NCBI GenBank assembly: GCA_963711565.1
Contig: CAVQEQ010000003.1
Coordinates: forward strand, 1,088,001 to 1,152,000
Length of the DNA: 64,000 bases
Source of the DNA: an uncultured delta proteobacterium
GTDB lineage: Bacteria; Desulfobacterota; Binatia; Binatales; Binataceae
Reading direction: 5' to 3'
Shown here: piece by piece, positions 1 through 10,340 of the stretch
How the letters are laid out: each line of letters starts with the position of its first letter
How positions within the stretch are numbered: the first letter of the stretch is position 1
Position numbers and translations under genes: made by a program
The notes under the pieces: generated by a model
What the model saw: the letters and a program-made list of their open reading frames with translations, nothing else
Database searches by the model: none
Told to the model about the DNA's origin: nothing

Positions 1-1151
1 ATTGCGGCGACGCCGGCCAGCGTCGCGGCGTAGCCGAATCGTTCCGCGAGGAGGGCCTGGCTGACGGCCGCTCCGGAAGCCATCAAGACGCCGATCTGAT
101 ACGCGAGGCCCGAAAACAGACCGCGCACTTCCGGCGGTGACAGTTCCGTCAGATGCGCCGGGATTACGCCCCACGCTCCCTGCACCATGAACTGCATCAG
201 GAACGCGCCGAGCGTCAGCACCGCGAGCGTCGAGGGATAAATCCACAGCGGGATGACGAGGCCGGCGCAAATCACCGCGGTCGCCATCGTGCGGCGCCGC
301 CCCCATCGGTCGGACAGGTAGCCGAAGGTCAGGCCGCCGAGCAAAGCGCCTACATTGTAGATGAGCGCGATCGTCGCGACGGTACGAGTGTCGAAGCCGC
401 GCGTTTTTTCGAGAAACGTTGGATACATGTCCTGCGTGCCATGCGAGACGAAGTTCATCGCTGTCATCAGCGCGCACAGATATAGGAACAATTTCCAGTT
501 GGCCCGAATCGCGTGCCGAATCTGCGACATGTCGGGGCGCGTGCGTTGCCATGCCTCGGATTCCGGAACCTTGGTGCGGATGTAGATCGTCAGCAGCGCG
601 GGCGCGCCGCCGAGAAAGAACATCGCGCGCCATCCGTAGTGCGGAAAGACGAAGAAGAACGCGGCCGCCGCCAGCAGGTAGCCGACCGCGTAACCCTCCT
701 GCAGCAGGCCGGAGAAAAATCCGCGCCATCGCGGCGCGACCGCTTCCATAGCCAGCGACGCGCCCACGCCCCACTCGCCGCCCATCCCGATTCCGTACAG
801 CGCACGAAAAAACAGGAACCATCCGTAGCTCGGCGCGAGGCCGCTCAGCACTTCGACGATGGAATAGAAGACAACGTTAACCATCAACGGGATGCGGCGG
901 CCGTAGCGGTCCGCAACCCAGCCGAAGATGAGTGCGCCGACCGGACGCAGCGCGAGCGTCGCGGTGATCGTGAACGCGATATGCGAGATGGGGCGATGAA
1001 ACTCGCGCGCGACCGCGGGCATCACGAAAATCAGGATGAAGAAATCGAAGGCGTCGAGCGCCCAGCCGAGAAAGCTCGCGAGGATCGTGTGCGCTGCCTC
1101 AGATGAGGTGATCGCGCGCACGGGCTCGACGGCAGCGGCGGAAGAATCCAT
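1..1151 (-). CDS. MFS transporter, SHS (NanT/JEN1-like carboxylate:H+ symporter) family; 3' end runs off the window
   Basis: Translated by hand from ATG 1151: MDSSAAVE...ASFLGWALDAFDFF, ADRYGRR, GMGGEWG, LLQEGY, SHGTQDMYPTFL. Absent from the ORF track because it has no stop in the window. Confidence 0.9.
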   Translation of the reverse strand, partial: MDSSAAAVEPVRAITSSEAAHTILASFLGWALDAFDFFILIFVMPAVAREFHRPISHIAFTITATLALRPVGALIFGWVADRYGRRIPLMVNVVFYSIVEVLSGLAPSYGWFLFFRALYGIGMGGEWGVGASLAMEAVAPRWRGFFSGLLQEGYAVGYLLAAAAFFFVFPHYGWRAMFFLGGAPALLTIYIRTKVPESEAWQRTRPDMSQIRHAIRANWKLFLYLCALMTAMNFVSHGTQDMYPTFLEKTRGFDTRTVATIALIYNVGALLGGLTFGYLSDRWGRRRTMATAVICAGLVIPLWIYPSTLAVLTLGAFLMQFMVQGAWGVIPAHLTELSPPEVRGLFSGLAYQIGVLMASGAAVSQALLAERFGYAATLAGVAA

Positions 1152-1245
1152 GGCGTGCAATGATTAATCGAACCAGCGGACTGGCGAAAGGAGCAATCCA
1201 GCGCGTTCGCTTGAGTTTGAGGGCGGCTGGCGCGATAAGTGACCT

Positions 1246-2373
1246 ATGTTCAACGGCAACAAAGTGATTGACGCCGACGGGCATGTGATGGAGCCCAACG
1301 AGCTCTATGACCAGTACCTCGATCCGAAGTTCAAGCCCGAGCTCGACGAACTGAAGAAGATCGCGTCAACGCGGGCGTCGAAATATTTCTTCGGCTACTT
1401 CCATCAACTCAACACCGGCCGACCGCTTGGGATCGCGGCGCTCGACAAACCGCTGACGCGGACCGGCCGCAAGCCGCATGGCGAGCGGCCCGACATCCGC
1501 GGCGGATTCGATCCCCATGTGCGCATCAAGGACATGGATCGCGAGGGAATCGACATCGCCGTGCTGTTCGCGACCGTGGTCTCGAGCTTCTGCGCGCTCG
1601 ATAACGTCGATTTCGAAGTCGCGATGATTCGCGCGTACCATCGATGGCTCGCCGATTATTGCGCGGCCTATCCGAATCGCTTGAAGGGCGTTGCGATTGT
1701 GCCAATGCGCGCGCCGGAGCGTGCGGCCGACGAAATCCGGCGCGTCGCGAACGAGCCGTGGTGCGTCGGCATCTACCTGTCCGCGCACATGGAGGACAAG
1801 CTGCTCGACCATCCCGCGTTCCATCCGATTTGGAATGCGTGCGTCGAGACCGACCTGCCCGCGTGCTTCCACGGCGGCACCGCGCGCCCGCCCTACGGAA
1901 TGGGCACGTTCGAGATGGGCAACAATCTCTTCATCCAGCATTCGGCGACGAATCCGTTCGAGGTGATGCGCGGGATCGCGTCGCTCGTCGGTGGCGGCGT
2001 GCTCGACATTTTCCCGAAATTGCGCGTGGCGTTTCTCGAGGCGGGCGTGGGCTGGCTGCCGTTCTGGATGGAGCGGCTCGACGAGCATTACGAGCTGATG
2101 CCGGAGTACGTGCCGTTCCTGCATCGCAAGCCGTCCGACGTGATTCGCAGCGAAAATTTTTTCATCTCATGCGATCCCGACGAGGAGACGCTGCCGTATG
2201 TGATCGAAACCGTTGGCGCAGAGCACATTCTGTATGCGTCGGACTACCCGCACTTCGACGGCCGATTTCCGCATACGGTGAGCCTGACTGCGGGGCGTAA
2301 GGAGTTTGCGCCTGGCGTGGCGAAGAAAATTTTGGATGAGAATCCGACCAGGCTTTATCCGCGATTGAAGTAG
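1246..2373 (+). CDS. Amidohydrolase_2 family metal-dependent hydrolase/decarboxylase
   Basis: IDADGH metal motif, DMDREGID, FLEAGVGW, YASDYPH. Confidence 0.9.
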   Translation: MFNGNKVIDADGHVMEPNELYDQYLDPKFKPELDELKKIASTRASKYFFGYFHQLNTGRPLGIAALDKPLTRTGRKPHGERPDIRGGFDPHVRIKDMDREGIDIAVLFATVVSSFCALDNVDFEVAMIRAYHRWLADYCAAYPNRLKGVAIVPMRAPERAADEIRRVANEPWCVGIYLSAHMEDKLLDHPAFHPIWNACVETDLPACFHGGTARPPYGMGTFEMGNNLFIQHSATNPFEVMRGIASLVGGGVLDIFPKLRVAFLEAGVGWLPFWMERLDEHYELMPEYVPFLHRKPSDVIRSENFFISCDPDEETLPYVIETVGAEHILYASDYPHFDGRFPHTVSLTAGRKEFAPGVAKKILDENPTRLYPRLK

Positions 2374-2410
2374 GAACCTAACCCCTTCCCGAGCGGGAAG
2401 GGGAACCGGA
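2373..2410. repeat. Palindromic REP-like element, family C (CCCCTTCCC-N4-GGGAAGGGG); may act as a terminator
   Basis: ggaacctaaccccttcccgagcgggaaggggaaccgg; near-identical copy at 40434-40477. Confidence 0.75.
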
Positions 2411-2424
2411 TTGTTAGATATAGA

Positions 2425-2922
2425 GTGAAGATCAGAAGAATTGCGGCGGCTTTGATCGCGATTGTGCTCGTGGCTTGCTGCGTGCGGAACGCGAAGGCGC
2501 AGGCGACGGATCAGGAGCAGGCTGCGCAGGATTTGCGCGACGCCGAGGCTGTCAGCAAGCGGCATCGCGCGGAGCTGATGAAAATCCCGCACGTCACGGT
2601 CGTCACCGGCGAAGTCGATCGACAGAAGGAGGCCGCGATACTAGTCGAGGTGGACGATCAAAAGAACGTCGATGAGGTGACGCGGCAACTGCCGTCGCAA
2701 ATCGAAGGCTTCCCGGTGGAAGTTGACGAGGGTAGTGAAGAACCGGGTGGCTCTAATGCTTTTGGAAGCCTGGCTGCCGCCACTCCGACGCCGTTGCCGG
2801 AGATCGACAAGTACGGTTACCACCATCACAGCTGGATAAAGAAGTCCGCGCCGGCGGCGAGCCCTGACGCGCCGCAGCGATCTCTTAATTTCGGAACCCG
2901 GCGTACGGAACATCCAACTTGA
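2425..2922 (+). CDS. Exported hypothetical protein
   Basis: Signal peptide ending AKA; small domain HRAELMKIPHV...LPSQIEGFPVEV. Confidence 0.7.
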   Translation: MKIRRIAAALIAIVLVACCVRNAKAQATDQEQAAQDLRDAEAVSKRHRAELMKIPHVTVVTGEVDRQKEAAILVEVDDQKNVDEVTRQLPSQIEGFPVEVDEGSEEPGGSNAFGSLAAATPTPLPEIDKYGYHHHSWIKKSAPAASPDAPQRSLNFGTRRTEHPT

Positions 2923-3025
2923 CTGCAATTCCGGCGACTCCTTATAGTCTAATCTCAGAGTCCGGCGAATCTGCGGCGAACGCAGGAAACCCCGTTCAGA
3001 CAATGGATTTCGCGCTGGTTTAGAG

Positions 3026-3733
3026 ATGCAAAGAAGCGAACAAATGACCTTCTGGGAGCGGATTTATATCCCCGAAATCCTGCGAGGTTTGGCGATCACC
3101 AACTATCACTTCGTGCGCAATTTCATGCTGCACACGGCGCATCTGTTCGGGATGAAGAAGGACGTCAACGCGACTTCGACGACGCAGTACCCCGAAGAGC
3201 GCAAGCACTATCCTGATAATTTTCGCGGCAGTCATCGGCTGACCCTGCGCGAAGATTCCTCGGTGCGATGTACCGCGTGTTTTCTGTGCGCAACCGCGTG
3301 CCCCGCGCAGTGCATATATATAGAAGCGGGCGAGTCGCCCGATCCGCACGTCGAGAAATTCCCGGTGCGCTACGAGATCGACACTCTCCGCTGCATCTAC
3401 TGCGGCCTGTGCGTCGAGGCCTGTCCGTGCGATGCGATTCGGATGGACACCTACGTACACCCGCGCATCTGGGGTTTCGACCGCAAGGATTTTGTCGAGC
3501 AGAAGGAACTTCTGATGCATCGCTCGCGCGTGCTGGCCGAGAAGGGCCGCGACGGCAACATGAACGAGATGCTCGAGTGGTACAAACAGCAGGACGCCGC
3601 GGTTTACGATCCGCAACGGCCCGAGATGAAGACCTACACCAATCGCGAAGCGCCCAAGCATTACGCGGAGGCGCCGGACCATATCGACGACCTCACCGTG
3701 ATCGACCGGCATCCTGTCCGCGCCGGTAAGTAG
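3026..3733 (+). CDS. nuoI: NADH-quinone oxidoreductase subunit I (2x[4Fe-4S]); alternative start 3044
   Basis: [43 protein letters not shown]. Confidence 0.88.
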   Translation: MQRSEQMTFWERIYIPEILRGLAITNYHFVRNFMLHTAHLFGMKKDVNATSTTQYPEERKHYPDNFRGSHRLTLREDSSVRCTACFLCATACPAQCIYIEAGESPDPHVEKFPVRYEIDTLRCIYCGLCVEACPCDAIRMDTYVHPRIWGFDRKDFVEQKELLMHRSRVLAEKGRDGNMNEMLEWYKQQDAAVYDPQRPEMKTYTNREAPKHYAEAPDHIDDLTVIDRHPVRAGK

Positions 3734-3737
3734 TCAG

Positions 3738-3983
3738 ATGACGCGAGTGACTATCGGCCTGACGCTGGCGGGCCTGATCGTTTTGTTCATCGCTTACGCG
3801 AAGGGCGTCGGCGTGATTCACGGCGGCGACGTGCTGAGCCACATGTATTGGGCGACGGGCGCGCTGACGCTGGTGGCGCTGGCGAATTTTATCGCGGTGG
3901 CGCATCTGGCGCGCGCAGAGCGGATGATCCAGGAATTGCGCGCGCTGTGCGAAAAAAACGGCATCGAGTACGGAGAAGATTGA
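3738..3983 (+). CDS. Small two-TM membrane protein
   Basis: Two hydrophobic segments; 4 nt after nuoI. Confidence 0.7.
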   Translation: MTRVTIGLTLAGLIVLFIAYAKGVGVIHGGDVLSHMYWATGALTLVALANFIAVAHLARAERMIQELRALCEKNGIEYGED

Positions 3984-4043
3984 GCTATACTTAACGATCC
4001 AAGGCCGCAGCATCCTGATTGTCCCGGCCGCGGAGGTGACGCG

Positions 4044-5354
4044 ATGACCCAGATTGAAGCTGCCCGCAAAAATATTATTACCCGGCAGATGACCGAAGTT
4101 GCCGAGGACGAAGGTTTCGCGCCCGAAGAAATTCGCGCGCTGGTTGCGACCGGCGAGGCCGTGATCCCGCACAACCTCCATCACGATTTCAGGGCGATCG
4201 GAATCGGCAAGGGCCTGCGCACCAAGGTCAACGCCAACATCGGCGCGTCCAACTTCCATCAGCTGATCGAAGAGGAAGTCGAGAAACTTTACACCGCGGT
4301 CCGCTACGGCGCCGACTCCGTGATGGATCTTTCGACCGGCACCGACCTCGACAAAATCCGCGCGGAGATCCTTTCGCGATGTTCCGTGATTCTCGGCACT
4401 GTACCGATTTACCAGCTCGGCTCCGAGCGTTCGATCATGGAGATGGAGGCCGAATACTTCCTCGACGTTATCGAACGGCAGGCGCGGCAGGGTGTCGATT
4501 ACATGACGCTCCATTGCGGCGTCACGCGTGAGAGCGTGAAGCGGCTGCGCGGACATCAGCGAATCGAGGGCATCGTGTCGCGCGGTGGCGCGATGCTGGC
4601 GTCGTGGATCGAGCGCACCGGCAACGAGAATCCGCTCTACGAGCACTTCGACGAAGTCTGCGCCGTACTGCGCGAGCATGACGTGACGATCTCGATCGGC
4701 GACGGGCTGCGGCCCGGCGCCACCGGCGACGCGACCGATCGCGGGCAAATCGGCGAGCTGCTGCTGATGGGCGAGCTGACCGATCGCGCGCGCGCAATGG
4801 GCGTGCAGGTGATGATCGAAGGTCCCGGCCACGTGCCGCTCGATCAGATCGAAGCCAACGTGAAGCTCGAGAAGCGAGTCTGCGGCGGCGCGCCGTTTTA
4901 CGTGCTCGGTCCGCTAACCTGCAACGTCGCGCCGGGCTACGATCACATCACGGGTGCGATTGGCGGAGCGATCGCGTCGGCTGCCGGCACCGACTTCCTG
5001 TGCTACGTGACGCCGGCCGAGCATCTGCGGCTGCCCGATATCGACGACGTGCGCGAAGGCGTCATCGCGACGCGAATCGCGGCTCACTCGGGCGACCTGG
5101 TCAAAGGCGTGCGCGCGGCGAAAGTCTGGAACGACCAGATGTCGCGATACCGCAAGGCGCTCAACTGGGAAGGCATGTACGCGATGGCGATGGACCCCGA
5201 CAAGGCGCGCCGCTACAAGGAAGAGAGCGAGGCGGCGGGCTCCAACGTCTGCACGATGTGCGGGTCGCTGTGCTCGATCAATATCGACAACGCGGCGATC
5301 AAATTCACCAAGCGGCGCTCGATTGCCGAGGCCGAAGCGCATGCCGCCGGCTGA
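4044..5354 (+). CDS. thiC: Phosphomethylpyrimidine synthase ThiC (short form)
   Basis: TKVNANIG, MDLSTG, IVSRGG, EGPGHVP, YVTPAEH, C-terminal CTMCGSLC; GGAGG RBS. Confidence 0.9.
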   Translation: MTQIEAARKNIITRQMTEVAEDEGFAPEEIRALVATGEAVIPHNLHHDFRAIGIGKGLRTKVNANIGASNFHQLIEEEVEKLYTAVRYGADSVMDLSTGTDLDKIRAEILSRCSVILGTVPIYQLGSERSIMEMEAEYFLDVIERQARQGVDYMTLHCGVTRESVKRLRGHQRIEGIVSRGGAMLASWIERTGNENPLYEHFDEVCAVLREHDVTISIGDGLRPGATGDATDRGQIGELLLMGELTDRARAMGVQVMIEGPGHVPLDQIEANVKLEKRVCGGAPFYVLGPLTCNVAPGYDHITGAIGGAIASAAGTDFLCYVTPAEHLRLPDIDDVREGVIATRIAAHSGDLVKGVRAAKVWNDQMSRYRKALNWEGMYAMAMDPDKARRYKEESEAAGSNVCTMCGSLCSINIDNAAIKFTKRRSIAEAEAHAAG

Positions 5355-5826
5355 CGCGAACAGCATTCCGGATCTTTCGACGGCGCTCGAGCTGGCTGTC
5401 CCCGACGCTCGCGGCGAGCTGCGCCGTTTGAAGGATTTTCGCGGCCACAACGTCGTCGTTTATTTCTATCCAAAGGACGACACGCCCGGCTGCACCGTCG
5501 AGGGCAAGGAATTTCGCGACAGCTACGATCAATTCAAAGCGCTGGATTGCGTCGTCATCGGCGTGAGCACCGATTCAGCCGAGCGTCATCGCGCGTTCGC
5601 GGAAAAGCACGCGCTTCCCTTCATCCTGCTCGCCGACGAGGACGGAAAGCTCGCAGCCGCATTCGGCGTGCTCAACGGCAAGTATGCGGCGCGCTCGACC
5701 TTCGTGCTTGACAGCACTCTTCGCCTGCGCCGCGCCCTTCAGGACGTGACGCCGCGCGGGCATGCCGCACAAGTGCTGAATTTCGTGCGCACGCTGGTCG
5801 AATCGCATCGAATGATTGGCGGGTAG
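5323..5826 (+). CDS. bcp: Peroxiredoxin, BCP/PrxQ type
   Basis: YFYPKDDTPGCTVE; exact start uncertain (overlaps thiC end). Confidence 0.85.
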   Translation: MPRPKRMPPADANSIPDLSTALELAVPDARGELRRLKDFRGHNVVVYFYPKDDTPGCTVEGKEFRDSYDQFKALDCVVIGVSTDSAERHRAFAEKHALPFILLADEDGKLAAAFGVLNGKYAARSTFVLDSTLRLRRALQDVTPRGHAAQVLNFVRTLVESHRMIGG

Positions 5827-5916
5827 CGAGCCGCGGCGCCACGTGGCGTGACTCGCGCGCATGGTTATAGTTGTATATTGAAACTGAATCCGCCGACGGA
5901 TTTGACGGGAAAATTT

Positions 5917-7152
5917 ATGGCGAAAACTTCGAAGAATATTCTCGACGAAGCACGCTCGACGATTAAGCAGCTCGGTATCGACGAGGCGCGCGCGATGATC
6001 GACAAGCCCGGCACCGTGCTGGTCGATGTGCGCGAAAGCGACGAATGGCGGCAAGGGCATATCCCGCAGGCGGTTGCGATTCCGCGCGGCTTCCTGGAAC
6101 TTCGCATCGAGGAGAAGGTTCCCGACCGCAAGACTCCCGTGATTTTGCAATGCGCCTCGGGCACGCGCTCTCTGCTGGCGGCGCGCACGCTGCGCGAGCT
6201 TGGCTACGAGAACGTGTACAACATGACCGGCGGCTTCAGCGCGTGGAAGGATCGCGGCCTGCCGTGGACCGCGGATCGCGCGTTCACCGCCGACGAGTTG
6301 ACGCGCTACTCGCGCCATTTCGTGATCCCCGAAGTCGGCGAGAAGGGGCAAGCGAAACTGCTCGACGCCAAGGTGCTTTTGCTTGGTGCGGGCGCGCTCG
6401 GCTCGCCGTCGGCGCTGTACCTCGCGGCGGCGGGAGTCGGCACGATTGGTCTGGTGGATTTCGACGTGGTCGATCTGTCGAATCTTCAGCGGCAGATAAT
6501 CCACACCACCGAGCGCGTCGGGACGCCGAAGACCGAGTCGGCGCAGAAGGCGATCAACGCGCTGAATCCGGGCGTCAAGGTGATTCGTCACGACGTGCGG
6601 CTCACCTCCGACAACGTGATGGACATCGTCAAGGACTACGATGTCGTCGTGAACTGCGGCGATAATTTCCCGACCCGATATCTGATCAACGACGCGTGCG
6701 TGTTCTCGAAGAAGCCGTTGGTGGACGGCGCGATTTACCGCTTCGAGGGCAACACGACGGTTTTCTATCCGGCCAAGGGCGGACCGTGCTACCGATGCCT
6801 GTATCCGGAGCCGGCGCCACCGGACATGGCGCCGTCGTGCGCGGAGGCGGGCGTGCTCGGCGCGATTCCGGGACTCATCGGGTCGATCGAAGCGCTCGAG
6901 GCGATCAAGCTGATAATTGGCGCGGGATCGCCGCTAATCGGCAAGATGGTTTACTTCGACACGCTGTCGGACAAGGACTTCGTGCGCGTTCTGAAGATCC
7001 GCAAAGATCCGAAGTGCCCCGTCTGCAGTGAGCATCCCACGCAAACGACGCTGATCGACTACGAAGCGTTCTGCGGTCTGGGCGCGCCAGCCAACGGCAC
7101 CGCGCACGCGGAACCGACAGGACAAACGAGCGCGGCCGCATCGGCGCGGTAG
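5917..7152 (+). CDS. moeB: Rhodanese-ThiF/MoeB fusion (MoeZ-type sulfur-carrier adenylyltransferase/sulfurtransferase)
   Basis: N-terminal rhodanese (DVRE, GHIP, CASGTRS); RYSRH, GAGALG, SNLQRQ, CYRC, CAEAGVLG, CPVC. Confidence 0.92.
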   Translation: MAKTSKNILDEARSTIKQLGIDEARAMIDKPGTVLVDVRESDEWRQGHIPQAVAIPRGFLELRIEEKVPDRKTPVILQCASGTRSLLAARTLRELGYENVYNMTGGFSAWKDRGLPWTADRAFTADELTRYSRHFVIPEVGEKGQAKLLDAKVLLLGAGALGSPSALYLAAAGVGTIGLVDFDVVDLSNLQRQIIHTTERVGTPKTESAQKAINALNPGVKVIRHDVRLTSDNVMDIVKDYDVVVNCGDNFPTRYLINDACVFSKKPLVDGAIYRFEGNTTVFYPAKGGPCYRCLYPEPAPPDMAPSCAEAGVLGAIPGLIGSIEALEAIKLIIGAGSPLIGKMVYFDTLSDKDFVRVLKIRKDPKCPVCSEHPTQTTLIDYEAFCGLGAPANGTAHAEPTGQTSAAASAR

Positions 7153-7194
7153 CGTTCGCGCGACTGTCAGCACAGTCGAAAATCTGGTTTGATT

Positions 7195-7233
7195 GCGGCG
7201 GGCGCGCATGAGCGATGGCCCGCCGCTTTTTTT
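7195..7233 (+). terminator. Intrinsic terminator
   Basis: GCGGCGGGC...GCCCGCCGC stem followed by T7. Confidence 0.75.
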
Positions 7234-7313
7234 ATGGCATTTCAATCACCGAGGCGATTTAGATGGCGCTGGGACCGTTTTACGTTGCGGATAAATTGAA
7301 AGGTGGCAACGGG

Positions 7314-7958
7314 ATGAGAGGTATCGCGCTGTTGATGCGCCATGGCGAGACCGCGTGGAACCGCGAAGGCCGAGTGATGGGCCGTAATCCGATCGAACTC
7401 GACGAAGATGGGCGCGCGCAGGTGCAGGCCTCGATTCCGTTCGCGCGCCTAATAAAGCCGGAGCTTATCGTCACGAGTCCGCTGGCGCGTGCGCGACAAT
7501 CGGCGGAGATAATCGCGGCCGGCGTCGGCGGCCTTCCTGTGGCCGAAGATCCGCAACTGTCGGAAGTTCAATACGGGCGATGGGAAGGCATGGTGTACGA
7601 CGATTTGATCGAGGATCCCGACTACCTGAACTATCGCGAGCATCCGCTCGACGCGCCGACGCCCGGCGGCGAGACGATCGCGCAGGTGCAATCACGCGGC
7701 GTCGAGGCAGTGCGGCGCGCAATCGGCGACAACAGCGGCCGGCGCATCCTGTTCGTCTCGCACGGCGACATAATCCGCACCGTCCTGTGCCATTTCATGC
7801 GGCTCGAACTCGCGCATTTCCGGCGAATCCGAGTGGACAACGCGGCGTTCTCAGGCTTCCAGCTGATCGGCGATTTCGCCGAAATGAAATTCCTCAACCT
7901 GTTACCCGATCCGGATCGCGCGTTCGTCGCTCCATTCGTATCGAAAAAAAGCGAGTAG
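7314..7958 (+). CDS. Histidine phosphatase (phosphoglycerate mutase family)
   Basis: RHGET, SPLARARQ, GRWEG, VSHG. Confidence 0.9.
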   Translation: MRGIALLMRHGETAWNREGRVMGRNPIELDEDGRAQVQASIPFARLIKPELIVTSPLARARQSAEIIAAGVGGLPVAEDPQLSEVQYGRWEGMVYDDLIEDPDYLNYREHPLDAPTPGGETIAQVQSRGVEAVRRAIGDNSGRRILFVSHGDIIRTVLCHFMRLELAHFRRIRVDNAAFSGFQLIGDFAEMKFLNLLPDPDRAFVAPFVSKKSE

Positions 7959-7963
7959 CCATA

Positions 7964-8800
7964 ATGGAGAGCGCGGAAAGCTTGCCCGAGTTGCACGAAC
8001 TCAATCGCGGTTTCACCTGGACGCCGGTGCGGCCGCCCTTCAGCCTGATCAGCGAGGAGCAGGCGCGCTCGTACAACCAACACGGATACTTCGTGTTCGA
8101 TAACGCGTTCGACCGCGACACGATCGCGCGCGCGATCGCGGAGATCGATCCATGGGAGGCCAAAGTCGAAGGGTATTTGCGCACGCAGCCCAACGGCCGG
8201 AAGTTCATCGCCGAGGCCGGCGGAATCAGCTTCACCACCGACCTGGTCATGCGCTCGCAGTTCATTCGCGATCTGTCGGCGAGCCCGGCGATCGCCGGCG
8301 TCTGTCGCGACCTGTTGGGTCCTAGCGTGCGGCTGTATCGGGACCAGGCGGTGTACAAGAAACCCGAGTACCCCAAGCTGTTCCCGTGGCATCAGGACAA
8401 CGGCTACAACTTTGTCGAGCCGCAGACTTACCTGACCTGCTGGATCGCGCTGACCGACGCAACCGTCGATAACGGTTGTCCGTGGGTGATGCCGGCCGGA
8501 CACCTGCGAGGCACGCTCAAGCATCATTTGACGGAGCTCGGATGGGTGTGTCGCGAGGAGGATCCTCCTGAGGCACTCGCGGCCCCGGTGCAAGCGGGCG
8601 GCATGATCGTGTTTTCATCGCTGATGCCGCATCGGACCGGACCGAACCTCACCGGCGACGTGCGCAAGGCCTGTATTCTGCAGTATGCACCCGACGGCGC
8701 CCGTTGGATTCAACCGCAGGTGCTGTGCAACGCGGATCGACAGTACTTGATCGTGAAGGACGGCGAGCGCGTCGCGCCGCCGCCGCTAGATCCGCACTAA
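7964..8800 (+). CDS. Phytanoyl-CoA dioxygenase (PhyH) family Fe(II)/2OG dioxygenase
   Basis: WHQD...H facial triad, WIALTDATVDNGC; start reassigned to ATG 7964. Confidence 0.88.
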   Translation: MESAESLPELHELNRGFTWTPVRPPFSLISEEQARSYNQHGYFVFDNAFDRDTIARAIAEIDPWEAKVEGYLRTQPNGRKFIAEAGGISFTTDLVMRSQFIRDLSASPAIAGVCRDLLGPSVRLYRDQAVYKKPEYPKLFPWHQDNGYNFVEPQTYLTCWIALTDATVDNGCPWVMPAGHLRGTLKHHLTELGWVCREEDPPEALAAPVQAGGMIVFSSLMPHRTGPNLTGDVRKACILQYAPDGARWIQPQVLCNADRQYLIVKDGERVAPPPLDPH

Positions 8801-8822
8801 GGAATCGCAATCCTGGAAGTAA

Positions 8823-10019
8823 TCAGGGTCCGCCGGCGAATGATGGATCTATTCCCGTGTGCGCCGAGGCTGACCCGACATCGATCCCCTTGCGGACGCG
8901 AACGTCAGCACCTGATTTGCCGGGAACGTCCACTTTCAGGCTGCGGTATCCGCCCGCGGACGGGTCGGGCGCCAGAAATCCGATTGTGTACTGTTCGCGC
9001 AATTCGAGACTGATGTTCTCGCACGCGCGGCGCAGAGCCTCGCCGTCGCCGGCCTGGCGGACGATGTAGGTCTTGGCGCCGGTTTCGGTCGATAGAGTAT
9101 GTAGCGTCTCGGCGTCAACGTGTTCGCTATCGTCGCCGCCGATTATGAATGGTCCGACGACGAGTCCACCGGTGCTCTCGCTCGGATCGCCGATTCCGAT
9201 CGAGTACACGAGCACTCCCATTCGCCGCGCCTGCTCGACGACGTCATTCACCGTCGAGGCGCTGGTGTTGTCCATGCCATCGGTGACGACCAGCAGCGCT
9301 TTTTTGTCATAACGCCCGCGTTGCACCATCTGCAGCCCTTCCATGATCACGTCGAACAACGCAGTCTGGCCGTAGGCATGCAGCAATGCGAGCCGGCGCA
9401 TCACGAGATCGTGATTGGTCGTGAACGGCTGGAGCAGGAACGGAGAGCTCGAAAAAGCGAACAGGAACACGTCGTCCCTGTCATTCAGATCGTGCAGGAA
9501 CTCCGCGATCGCGGCGCGCGCCTGCGGGATTTTAGTTACCATGCTGCCCGACGTGTCCACCAGGATACCGACCGACACCGGCGTGTTCAGGTCCTGCCGA
9601 AAAAATTCGATCGGGCGCTGCTGCCCGTCCATGTAAAGTTTGAAGTCGCCCTTCTGCAGCCCCGTGATATAGGTGCCGCTCGGTTCGGTCACCGTCACCG
9701 TGACTTGTTCGTAACCCGGCTGCTGGCGCAACTCGCGCGTCGGCAGCACCAGCTCCTGGCCACCTTGCGGAACCTGCGGCAGGATGTTGAGCGAGTCGGC
9801 ACCCTGCTTCGCCGGCATCGACGGCAGCTCGAGCGTCGAGGATTCCTTGCCCTGTCTTTGGGGGATTACGAGTGGCGGCGGACTTGATGGCGGTGGACTC
9901 GCCAGACCTTGCTCGAGCTGAGCCTCGGCAGGTCCGCCAATCATGATCGCGATCGCGATCACCGCGACGGCGATTGCGGAAATCAAGTTGCGTCGTGTGA
10001 CTGGAATTGTTGTTCTCAT
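8823..10019 (-). CDS. Exported VWA-domain protein
   Basis: Signal peptide, Pro-rich linker, MIDAS DTSGS, TALFD, TDG, ETG. Confidence 0.88.
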   Translation of the reverse strand: MRTTIPVTRRNLISAIAVAVIAIAIMIGGPAEAQLEQGLASPPPSSPPPLVIPQRQGKESSTLELPSMPAKQGADSLNILPQVPQGGQELVLPTRELRQQPGYEQVTVTVTEPSGTYITGLQKGDFKLYMDGQQRPIEFFRQDLNTPVSVGILVDTSGSMVTKIPQARAAIAEFLHDLNDRDDVFLFAFSSSPFLLQPFTTNHDLVMRRLALLHAYGQTALFDVIMEGLQMVQRGRYDKKALLVVTDGMDNTSASTVNDVVEQARRMGVLVYSIGIGDPSESTGGLVVGPFIIGGDDSEHVDAETLHTLSTETGAKTYIVRQAGDGEALRRACENISLELREQYTIGFLAPDPSAGGYRSLKVDVPGKSGADVRVRKGIDVGSASAHTGIDPSFAGGP

Positions 10020-10340
10020 CGCGAAACGATTGCTCCCGCCGAAGCGGCGTGCCTTCATTGATAATGATCCTATTTGCTCCCGCATCGGGCAAGCCGGTTA
10101 ATTTTTCCTGTTGGTTGAGGAACGATCCTATACCAGTTTCGACGAATTCGCCGGAGCAAAGTTTCAGGCGCGAAACCGTGCCGTGCGCCTTCATGGACAA
10201 CCAATGGTGAATCCTTCCTGAACGATCGTTTAGTCTGGCGCGGCGGCTTTCTTGTTTCGCATTCCGATTTCGTCGTAACCTGATGCACCTTCCGTGGCCC
10301 TGAACCGCCACTTCGGACCCCGCCCGATTAAGGAGAACCG

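Noticed and set aside
3984-4043. TPP riboswitch before thiC
   Set aside because: The spacer is too short and lacks the CTGAGA...ACCTG core.
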